Below, one piece after another: positions 1 through 12,725 of a stretch of 64,000 bases of DNA. Source of the DNA: Chrysomallon squamiferum. Its lineage: Eukaryota; Animalia; Mollusca. The stretch spans positions 248,001 to 312,000 of the forward strand of contig CM022672.1 of assembly GCA_012295275.1 (NCBI GenBank), given 5' to 3'. The notes beneath the pieces were generated by a model. The model worked only from the letters and a program-made list of their open reading frames with translations. It made no database searches and was not told the DNA's origin. A program made the position numbers and the translations under genes. Every line of letters starts with the position of its first letter. Position 1 is the stretch's first letter.

Positions 1-217
1 AGTGAATTATTACAGCAAAAGTTTGCTCTAATAGAAAATGGTAATCTTTCATTATTATATTTCATAGTTGTATTTATGTTGTATACAGCAGTTTGCACAG
101 TTAGATTAATGCCATAATTCTGTTTTTTATTTTAAATTTGTACCATAATTTTGACAGTGTGCAGATATAAAGAACAATACTTGTGTTGTATAATTATATT
201 GTACTGTAATTGTACAG

Positions 218-1967
218 GGTGGCTTCACAGGACAGTTTTTACAATGGGAAATGTTTGGACACCAAAGATGTGAAAGAATCAGATGAGGTTGTGTACTGTG
301 ACTGTCTGCAGAACAGGAAGAAGATGTGTGCAGCTAACATGGATGTCATGTCTTGTACTCACAGCAAAACTAAAAGTCTTAAAAAGGGTTAGAAACATGC
401 AGTCTTTGATCTTAATAATCATCATGTTTAAGATTGTGTATGCTATTTATAAATAAAAGTCTCTCTCATGCATGTTTACACTCAGTAATATAGTCTTAAT
501 AAGAAGCAAATATTCAGTTAGTAAAACATTTTAACAGTTTGCTGTTTTCTGATGAGTTTTGTTAATTACAGGTGCAGTTGACATCACAGAGTCTCTAGTT
601 TCTGTTGCCAAGAAGATTGATGTGTGTATTCCTACACAACAAGTAGTGCAGTGGGAGTTTGATGTCAATTACAAACCTGGGGTAACCTACTTCATACTGT
701 CTTACAATGCTCTCTGATTAAAATATTTTTGTGTGAAAACCTTAATTTGCTAAACAAGCTAATGTTTAATAAGAAATATACTTCCTAAGTCAGTAGTCAC
801 AGCCAATCAGAAACCAGTTTGCATCAATCGACAAGAACAAAATAAATAGTACTTTAATTTTGTAAATATCTGATTATCACACAAATGTTTTATTTTAAAA
901 TATAAATAATAAATTAGGAGTTCACATGGCCTACTGCTGGGAAGATCACCAGGGAAAGAGCTGTGGCTGCTTGCAATGCTGTCGTGGAAGCTTCTGCTGC
1001 TGCCAAGTCATGTAAAAGTCTGGTTTCCGTGGATGTTCAATTCAGTTTGGACTCATGCATTGAAGATATTCAGGTAATTTAATAACAAAACGTGAAATAC
1101 AATTCTCTCTATGCTTTTTAAATTGTTTGTTTGTTTATTTCTTCATTTATACTGAATATACTTTATTATTTATGTTTAAATTTCTTTTTGGTCTTCATAT
1201 TATTTATTTATTTATTTATTTAATGATTTAATGATTTATTTATTAAACTGTTTATTTATTTATTTGTTTACTTTTTGTTTGTTTTTGTTTATTTGTTTAT
1301 TTCTTATCTACAGATACTAGACAGTTTGGAGTGGGTGAGTTTAATGTTGGACAACATCATTTTAAACTGTGAGGTGGAACTCAGCATCAACATTGACTTG
1401 TGGATTACATCAGACAAAACAGGAACAGTGCAGTTACCAAACTTTGCCAACCATATATGTACTGATGACTGCAACAAGGGAACATGCATCAGTGGTAAAT
1501 ATCACTTAATAAATATCACAAATAATTATATAAATATGTTATCTGTTTGTAATATCACATAAATATTTACCATTAGTAAACTAAAATAATAAAAATATAT
1601 ATATATATATATATATATATGGACTTTTTAGTTACTTGGTTAAAAAGAGAAGATGTATTTGTTTAATTCTTTCATACATGATACATTATGAAAGTGTGTT
1701 TAAAAATATAATAGTTAACTGACATAAAACAAAACAAAACATTCTGATATAATTAATTTCCTGTTTTATATCAGGTGTATGTACATGTAACGATGGGTGG
1801 ACAGGTGCTGTGTGTGATATCTCAAGTGATGCCTCACCCCAGATTGTGTCTCTAGCCACGCCTGTGTGTGACATTCGTGAAGCTGAGTGTACAGAGGTCA
1901 TAGTGTATGGTCTGCAGTTTGCTCAGTCAGATCAACTCACTTGTCATCTGATTTCATCAGATGTAAG

Positions 1968-2038
<71 letters not shown>

Positions 2039-5000
2039 ACTCACTCATTCTGGATCCAAGTGTGTATCTGTCTGTCTCTCTCATTCACTCTCCTTTAATC
2101 TGTCTTTCTCCTTTCTCTTTGCCTCTCTGACTCTGTGTTTTTGTGTTTCTGTCATAAATTTGTGATTTTCTTCAAGTGTAGGAATTATCAGTAAAAATTT
2201 GTGATTTTGTAGGGTAAAGAACAGACATCACTTGCAGTTTTTGACAGCTCAGAGGTAGTTAGATGCAGAGTCACTGCTCTTGGTATTTTCAATATCTCCA
2301 TAAGCAACAATGGGCAAACAAGAAGCAATGTACAAGTATTTATCAGATTTGATTCTGTGTGTCAGACATGCTCTGTTCAGAAAGGATGTTCAAACAGGGT
2401 AAGTCACATATTTTTTTTATTGCTGGTCAGAACAGATATTTTTTAAAACCTTTGTTGGTGTTGTACATTTCTATGACTATAACATTTTTAACAAGTTATG
2501 ATGATAATAATGCCTAAAATAATGTTATTACTGTATTTATCTGTACTAAAATAATGTTATCACTGCCTTTATCTGTACTAAAATAATATTATCACTGTCT
2601 TTATCTGTACTAAAATAATATTATCACTGCCTTTATCTGTACTAAAATAATATTAACATTGTCTTTATCTACTAAAAATAATGTTGCTACTATTTTGAAT
2701 CAAAATAATGTCTTTGTCACTGTTTTGTTTATAACTGTCTTTATCTGTAAAAAATAACTGTCTTTATTTATCCACTTTTTGTCTGTACTAAAATAATGTT
2801 GTTACTGTTTTTGTCTGTACTAAAATAATGTTATCATTGTTTTTGTCTGTGTTGAAATAATGTTATCATTGTTTTTGTCTGTATTTAAATAATTTACCAC
2901 TGTTTTTATCTGTACTAAAAAAAATATTTGCAGACTGATGTGTGTGTCATCAAAGATGTTTGTTATGAAAATGGCTTCTTCAGTCCTGATGATCCAAGAC
3001 AAATGTGTCAAACAGTTATTTCTAAAACATCCTGGACCCCACTTAGATGTTAGTATACAGTTAAACTTGTTACACATCACTATGCTTTTACATGTCAGTA
3101 CAGTTACACTTGTTACCCATCACTATGCTTTTACATGTCAGTACAGTTACACTTGTTACCCATCACTATGCTTTTACATGTCAGTAGTTACACTTGTTAC
3201 ACATCACTGTTTTACAAGTCAGTGTACAGTTACACTTGTTACACATCACTATGTTTCTACAAGTCAGTGTACAGTTACACTTGTTACACATCAATATCTG
3301 TTCTTACATGTTGCACTTCTCAGTATACTAAGACACACTTGTTATATATCATATATCATGTTCTTACATGTTGTAACACTTACATATCACTGTATCATGT
3401 CACACTTGTTAAGTATACCATGTCACACTTGTTATATGTCAAATATCATGTCACACTTGTTACATGTCAGTATACCATGTCATCACTTGTTACATGTCTC
3501 AGTATACCCATGTTACATGTCTTATATTATCATGTCAGTGTCTGTGTACAAAAACACACTTGTTACTTGTCTCTCTATCATACCACACTTGTTACATGCC
3601 TGTGTATCATACCACTTGTTACGTCTGTATATCATACCACACTTCTTGCAGATCAAAATAGTGTTACATAGGATACATTCTATTTTATATGGAAAGAAAT
3701 AATGGTTAATTTTCTTTATTATATTTTCTAGTTGATGCAGTTGATGAAAAGAGATTTGAATTTAAACTGATAAGTGGAGACACTCTGATCACATCATCAG
3801 GTAATGTCACAGTGCGTGGCAAACTGCAGCTAATCACCAACACAAGAAACAAACAGGCAATAGTTTTCAATGGCAGAGATCAGTATATTGACTGGACAGG
3901 TGTGATTGGCTCATGTCTGATGGATCCTGGTCAGTGTCAGTTTGGCTTCACTGTGACATTCTCTGTGAAGTTTGTCACTCTGGAAGACAACATGTATCTA
4001 ATAACAAACTGTGGGGAGGAAACAGATGGGGTGGGGATTGCTGTGTACTACCGCAGAAAACGACTCTTTGTCACAGTCAGCACACAGTCCAAAGAGTGGA
4101 CAGTCTATCTGAGTGACATCACAGTGAACAAGTACCTGCAGTTTGAAATATCATGGAGTGTTCAGACTGGACTTGAGATGTCTATTGATGGAAAACAAAC
4201 CAAGAAAGATAAACATTTCCGCAAACGAAAAGTGGACAAACCAAAATCCTGCAATTTTTACATGGGCCGCCCTCAGAATGTTGCCACTGCTAAATACTGC
4301 AGTTTTGAACTTGAGTTCTGGCAAGTGACATATGCCACAAAACAAGTCATCAAGGGACTGGGCATCCAAACAGGTAAGAATCAATAAACAATTCACCAAG
4401 AACTATCAAAACTTATTTATTTGTTCTTTGGTGTGTGTGTTTTTGTTTCATTTGTTTGTTGTTGTTGTTTGTCTCTTATTTATTTACTTACTTACTTACT
4501 TAGGATATCCGAAGCTGTCTGAAGAACCACTGTTGAAGATTTACATCAATGAAACAGGGAAATCCTTTTTGTATGTGAATTTGAACCTCTGAAAGGCTAT
4601 GATGTTATGTACAACATTTCCTTTGTCATTGATGACATCACTGTCAGCGAGAAGACAATAACATCTTCTGACACATTCTACCTGACAGAGGATTATTTCA
4701 AAAACCAACAACAGGGCTCAAAGGTACTGCATAACTTGTTTTATTTTTCTTTACTGTCTGTTTGTCCATGCATCTGTTAACATTTACATTACAGCATATG
4801 AACCAGTTTAGGGTATTTTGTGATAAATATTAAAATCAATGTGGCTTCTTGTAAGTTTGATGAATTTAAGATTAAGTACAGACAGTGTTATAAGCAACAC
4901 AGTAATTACTCATCTATTCAGATATCATTTGCATTACAGATGTTCTGCTCTGTGTCTGCATGTTTTACTACTAAATGTGACACCACTTGGGGAGATCCAT

Positions 5001-8000
5001 CTCACAGCAAACCCATCTCACTTGGATTCCAGGTAATATCTCTCTACATATACAGTGGATTGTTGCACATTTTTCAGTCCACATTGGATTCTTGAGCTAT
5101 CAAAGTTTACCTCTGCATTTTAGTAGCTATGTTGCCTGAACATTTTTGTGTACATTTTGACATACTAAAGTAATGTGTCTGGCTATTTTCTTTCTCTATT
5201 GGTTCAGATACTGACACAGTCTTTGACTGTGTTTGAGGGTTTACACTTTGGTGAGATAAAGATTAAAACAAACATCCCACCTCACTTGTTGTGTCCAGTG
5301 GATGACCGTGACAACTGCACAGTGCGTCTGTATGCTCAGATCAGGTCTGGCAAACAACGTAGGTGTTATGATGGACGAATCATTCCTCAGGCTGTTGTGA
5401 TGTGGCAGTCAGGAAACACCGACTCTCCTTTCTGTGGTGTTTCTGTGAGCAGAGAATCATGGAATGCAACTCACATCATTCAGGTGAAGGGTGTGGTTGA
5501 CTCACTGAGAGACAGAGATCAGACTCAGTCTGTTGAGCTGTGGGCTCAGCTCACTTCTGCCTCCTGGCACAGCAGAATTGAACTTGGGTCAGTCAAGGTA
5601 AACAAATTACTGTCTTTGGCTTAATCAGTCTGTACTGTTGTGTTTTTAAACTTTACTTGTTTCTGCTCAATACGATATTAATATTTTACTTCACTAGTTA
5701 GAAATAAAAGAAATAATAATAAGGAAGATATTATTAAAGTCTTTATTTAATTAATTTCAGTTGGTTGTGAAGGACAGAGACAAAGACTCAACCTGCATGT
5801 CAGTTAATGATCCACACATTACAACATTTGATGGCAGGTGAGTTACATATGTCGCACATTACAACATTACCTTGAACTTTGATTTAGAATTGTTGATATT
5901 AGCAATTATATAAATAATATCATAGAAATAGAATCAAATAAGTTGATTATATGGCATTTTGTATTATTATGTCACTATATCTGCAAGCAGTAATACTATT
6001 TTGAAAATTTTTCCTCATTATCATTTATTTTTTAACAGAATAGAAATTATTATTACATTGTTTCTAAGAACATCTTCAAAATAGTTTTTGAAAATAATTT
6101 TTCTGTTGCAGGCGTTACAACAATTTCTTTGAGGGAGAATTTGTTTTATATCAACACAAAAGTCTACCTTATGCTGTAAGTATCAAAACATCAATCACAA
6201 CTCTACCTTTATGCTGCAAGCATCAAAACATCAATCACAACTCTACTTTATACTGTAAGTATCAAAACATCAATCACAACTCTATTTTATACTGTAAGTA
6301 TCAAAACATCAATCACAACTCTACTTTATGCTGTAAGTATCAAAACATCAATCACAACTCTACTTTATACTGTAAGTATCAAAACATCAATCACAACTCT
6401 ATACTGTAAGTATCAAAACATCAGTCACAACTCTATTTTATACTGTAAGTATCAAAACATCAATCACAACTCTACTTTATACTGTAAGTATCAAAACATC
6501 AATCACAACTCTACTTTATACTGTAAGTATCAAAACATCAATCACTTTGAAACACAGTCATGTTATCTGAACACTAAATATTTCCTTTCATATAACATTT
6601 TTTATAGTTTTTCTCTTTCACTGGATTTTTTCTAACTGTTCATCGACTTTTCAGGTGCACACATTCTATCGCAAATGTGGTTGGAGGGCATCATGTAATT
6701 GTGCTGTTGCTGTCCGTGTAGATGATGATGTTGTGGTGATTGACAAGTGTGGGCCAAATCGTGGTACAGAGGGTAAAACTCAACCAATGAGTATTGTTTT
6801 GTACAAAAATGGAGATCTCACTCCTGGCTTCAACATATACAGAACTCGAGGTGGAAAATACACAGTGAGTATTAAACATGTGAACATGATATAATAAAAT
6901 ACACAGTGAGTATTAAACATGTGAACATGATATAATAAAATACACAGTGAGTATTAAACATGTGAACATGATATAATAAAATACACAGTGAGTATTAAAC
7001 ATGTTGATATGGCATAACAAAATACACAGTGACTTTTAAACATGTTGACATGACATAATAAAATACACAGTGAGTATTAAACATGTTGACATGACATAAT
7101 AAAATACACAATGAGTACTGAACTTTCTGACATTATAATTCAGATAGCACATTTAAAAGAAAAAAATTAACACTTTAATCTTTTATAAGTAATTTAATGG
7201 AAATTGTGTGTAAATCCTCAAAACTAATTGTTACGTTACAGTTTTGAAATGTTAATTTTGAATTTCAGATTTTCCTTCCCAATGGAGATGAAATTAAAGT
7301 GCGGGTTCAAACAAGAGGACATTCAAAGAATTTCATCAATATCTGGTTTACTGCTTCATCTGCTGACTTCAACCAGACAGAGGGTGATTTTCTAAACTTA
7401 ACACTTCACCCAAAACAAAATTCTGAATTTGATTCTTCATCATTAAACATAGTTCTAGAATTAACATTTTAGCATAAGTCTAAATGTAAAACTTCACCTC
7501 TAACATTATTCAAAACTCAACACAGGGCCCTTAACATAATTCTAAACTTAAAATTTCAGTATTAAGATAATTCTGAACATAACTCTATCGTAATTCTAAA
7601 CTTAACAATATGTTCTTAACATAATTCTAAACCTAAGGTCTTAACATAATTCTGAACTTAACACTATGCTCTTAACATAATTCTAAACTTAACACTATGC
7701 TCTTAACATAATTCTAAACTTAACACTGCTCTTAACATAATTCTAAACTTAACACTATGCTCTTAACATAATTCTGAACTTAACACTATGCTCTTAATAT
7801 AATTCTTGACATGATATTATGCTCTAAGCTTAATTCTTCATCATTAAGATAATTCTGCAATTATCATATATTTAAAATTTATAAAAACAAATAATTGAAA
7901 TGGTCAAATTGAGTTATATGTTGTTCCAGGTTTGTGTGGCACGTTCAATGGAAACAAGGAAGATGATCTACTCCAGAGAGATGGAAGTTACTCCACAGAG

Positions 8001-11000
8001 ACAGGGAAACTTCCAGACAAGTTCAGTAGTAGTTGGAGGTAAAATAGATATTTACTGTTACTGTTTTCATCGATATGCTGAATCACAGGCAGACAATATA
8101 TGTATACAAACACAGACAACTCAGGTTTACAAACACAAACAACACATTTACATATACATATTTACAGATGATATGTATAAACAAAAATATACAAAATTAT
8201 GTATACTAGCATACCAAGACACACACACGTAGATGTACGAAATTAAATGATGTTTAAGCATCATGTTTAAAACTGTGTAGGCATTACATAGTTAACACAG
8301 TTTAGTTCTGTTTGTAGAGTAAACTCAGCTGATTCACTGTATGATGGGCATTGTACAGCAACAGAGAAGAAACAAACCATTTTCTGTCAGTGTGGGTTTG
8401 AAGAAGAAAAAGTGTGTCGTACTGGACTTGATGTCTTCCTCTGTGACCGAAGTAACAAACACAAATATGTGGGCAGAAAAGGTAGAAATCTAATCACTGA
8501 AAACTAAGAAAGTAGTGACTTTGAAACATAACAACAGTAAAATATAGTCAGAGAGAACTGTTAGTAAATAGTGACTTTGAAATATAACATTGATAAAATA
8601 TAGTCACAGAAAGTAGTAACATTCAAACAAAACAACAGTAAAATATATATATACATATATTTCCTCTACTCTTTCAATATTGAGAAAATACTTATTGACT
8701 GTTAATCTATGCTGTTAATAATTAATGTTTACTCAGGTGAAGACATCACAAACAAGCTAGTCAAGTCAGCCATTGTTCCTCTCAAGTGCCTGTCTGACCA
8801 GTCTCGCACTCTCTTCTCTTTCAACATCAGCTGGAAACACACGGTATATTTTATAACAATTTCTGTATAACACAAAAACAACCTAAACACACAGTCAGGG
8901 AAATTGATCTGGAGTCCAAGCAGTCAACATCTTCACAAAAATAAATAGTCAGCCTCAAGGAGCAAGATCTTCTTAACATATTTAGATAATATTAACACCA
9001 CAGGATTTCTCATAATGGTGTATTGGGGTTTTGAAAATATTTTGTAAAGTGGCACAATTTGGGGTAAGATGTGTCAGAACTGAATATGGAAATAACATGC
9101 ACTTTGTTTATTGCATAATAAGAATATTTTCAGCATGATTTTCCTGATTCTGAGCCAACATGCAATGGTGCCAAAATGTGATAACTCTGGCTAAAACACT
9201 TAAAACTCCACTATAACTTCCATCAAGACAGATACAAGACTTATACTAAATATCCCAGAAAAGACAATAATTATAGAATATTCTAACCTATTTTCACATG
9301 TACTATTCTATAATGTTGACCCTGTGGATAATAATGTTCTGAAACAGCAATTGAATAGAACTGGTATACAGAGGTTTATTTAAACACACGAAAATATATA
9401 TAGAATATTGAAACAATTCTACATGTATTCTAGATCCAACCTAGAGACTAATGGCATTATGTTTTCTGGTAAACAAATCTAAAGTTTATATGTTGTTCAT
9501 AGTTTTCTTTACATCAGCCTACATCTGTGTTAGATCAGTCTTTAGGCAGCCTGCCCATTTTAAAGGTTGTATGTGAAAACAAGTTGGCAAGGTCTTTATG
9601 CAGATCCCCCAGCAGTCTTTGTCTTGTGAAGTTTATGGATGGTATCCCTAGCAATGTAGTACTTGCTTCTTGACTTTCCTCCAACTTTCACCACAACAAA
9701 ATCCCCATCATTTATCTCAGCCTCGGTAGATTCATCATATTCAACTGATTCTGGATCAGAACAGCTTGTCTTGTCATCATTATGCTGCTCCTTTATTTGT
9801 TTGTTTTTGGTGTTTTTTTCCAAGGGTCTTGTGTTTTTTAACAGATTTTTTTACTGTAGGCCTGGTGTTGTTCCAAGACTGCAGCAAATGTATCTGAAAT
9901 AAAGTCCCTCAAACTCAGTTTGCATAATCAAAGAGGGTTAAGTTTGCTATGGCACATTTTACCCCTTGTTGACCATTCCTAACTATTTAGGTCAGTGCAT
10001 CTTTACTAATAGAAATGATGTGAAAACAACAGGATACAGTAATTGCCACCTATACTTGTTATCATACACCACATATGATTTCAGGTTAATCTATACAGTG
10101 AGGACAGAGGAAATTCACAATCCTGTCTGCCTAAGATCGACTTTAGACTGTAAAATTCATACTCTTCAGCAGAGCTCCTTTGTTTTTTTAGAAACATCAC
10201 ATGTTCTTTACATCCATAAGAAATGTATGCTAACAATAATCAGTAGATGGCAGCACTTTCAGTCACATCCACTCAGCAAGCCTGGAGAGGGAGGGGCATA
10301 ACTTACCCAATGGCACAACCTAACCTTTCCTCCCCTAAATTTTATAATAATGTCTCTTACTGAATAACAAAATTATATCAACTATAAATACATGGTATAT
10401 TTTATAACAATTTCTGTCTTTCAATAACATCAACTGTAAACAAACAGAATATTTTATGAAAAAGTCTCTCTTACTGTATAAAACAATAGCATCAAATGTA
10501 AACTCATGGTATATCTTACAACAATGTCTTAGTGTACACATAACCCAGTGACATCAACAGAAAAGAAGATTTTGGAAATGTATAATTTCTATTTAAATAT
10601 GAGACTTATTTTTCTTAAATTTGTTTATAATAAAGTATGTTATTTTAAACACATGAATATACATCTGCATTAATATATTTCTTATATTTTCAATCAGGTT
10701 GCTGATGTTGGTATCACTGAGTTTGAAGCTAAAGATTACTGTCGATCTCAAGTAATGATGTCATCAACACTGAAGACATGTGGAAACATCATCAACACTG
10801 GTTTTGAGGCATCAATAGACCTGTGTGCAGAAGATCTTCTTGTGAGCATGTTACTGACTTTATGTTAAACTGTTCGTATTGCATGCAGATATCATGCAGA
10901 TATACATATACCTTGTATATAAACTAGCAGTATTATCAAAATTTGAGGTTAATTGGTAGATGTTTACTATTTACTTAAATCTTTTAAACTAAAATTGCAT

Positions 11001-11774
11001 TTTTATAATTGTTTTTTTTTTTTGTGTTTTCTGCCAGATATCAGGAGACCGAAACTGGGTTGCTGTGACAATGGAGAACATCAGAGAGCAGTGTCTGACT
11101 GCTGTGGAGAGAAACGTACAGCTGTGGATTGAAGGAGACAACGGATTCCCACAGTTACCTCCCATAGTGGAACAGATCTGTCCAAATGACTGCTCTGGAC
11201 ATGGCAAGTGTGAAAAAGGTAAGTTCTTTTTTTTTTTTTTTTTTTTACAATTCTGTCCATTTTATATCAGTCAGTAGTCACTGTGTGATTGTAAATAGTC
11301 ACTATGTGACTGTAAGATGTTATTGTGTGATTGTAAGTAGTTATTGTGTGACTGTGCAAGTAGTTATTGTGTCATTGTAAGTAATCACTGTGATTGTAAT
11401 TAGTCACAATATGACTGTAAGAAGTCACTGTGTGACTGTAAGTAGTCACTGTGATTGTAAGTAGTCACAATATGACTGTAAGAAGTCACTGTGTGACTGT
11501 AAGTAGTCACTGTGATTGTAAGTAGTCACAATATTACTAAGAAGTCACTGTGTGACTGTAAGTAGTCACTGTGATTGTAAGTAGTCACAATATGACTAAG
11601 AAGTCACTGTGTGACTGTTAGTAGTGAGTTTAAGATGTAATTGTGTGACTGTAAGTAGTCACTGTGTGATTGAGCACATGTGAGTTGTTTGTGACTGAGC
11701 AGTCAGTGAGTTTAAGAAATTTGTTAGTGGCTGATGTATATAACTTTGTACATGTCTGCATGTCTCTATCTATT

Positions 11775-11814
<40 letters not shown>

Positions 11815-12390
11815 CATTTGGTATTGTGTCAGATATTAAAAGGAATGCACAGTTATTTGTTGTTTTAAGTTTGTCAGTATCTATGTTACAAGAATTTTTT
11901 ATTAGAGATGTGAGAAGATATGTAATTATTTTACAGGCAGCTGTGAATGTGAATCAGGATTTGGTGGAGGAGACTGTTCAGTCGATCTAAACATTCCTCC
12001 TAATCTTATATCTGTCAGCGGAGGCAGCCTCTGCAACACTGATGAACGCAGCTGTTCTGATGTCACCATCTATGGCCTTGGCTTTGTCCAGATTGAAACT
12101 CTTATCTGTCGGTTCACTGAATTGGATGTAAGATTCTTTTATTTCCTTTGAAGTGGAAAACTCAAAATGAGTTACTACCACAGAAGTTATTGTACATCTT
12201 CTTAACTGAAGAAAAACAAATATTTATAATGAATGTTTAAGACTAATATATATATATAAATTATAAAGAAAAATCCTACAGTTCAGTTTTTTATCTAAAA
12301 ATTCTAAAACTATAATTGTTTCTTTTTTTTCTTATTTTATGTTTTTTATTTCTTTTTTTATTTATTTACATTTTATTTTTATTATTTTAT

Positions 12391-12427
<37 letters not shown>

Positions 12428-12684
12428 ATTATTTTTTTTTTTACAGAAATCTTTAAAGAAAAAAGAAAATACTAAGACACTAAATGCAACATTTATCAGT
12501 GAGGAGCAGGTAACATGCAGTGATCCAAATCTGAATATTTATGAGATAGCTGTGAGCAATGATGGAACATTGTTTAGTAAATCTCTCAAGTTCATCAAAT
12601 TCTCCTCCATCTGTGAGACCTGCTCAGAATCGAATGGATGTACAGCAAGGGTCAGTCTATTTATATACTCTGTTTTATATACTC

Positions 12685-12725
<41 letters not shown>

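Larger units (their letters stand above)
218..3048 (+). other. Module A (C-terminal half only): post-VWD Cys-rich, WPT region, EGF, Ig-like, Cys-rich end
   Basis: EFTWPTAGKITRE..CIEDIQ; ICTDDCNKGTCISGVCTCNDGWTGAVCD; FDSVCQTC; CVIKDVCYENG..SWT. Same exon order and phases as modules B-D. Confidence 0.8.

Noticed and set aside
2938-3702. 254-aa and 178-aa His/Tyr/Cys-rich ORFs
   Set aside because: They are read-through of an intronic minisatellite; the true exon 2934-3048 is in another frame.
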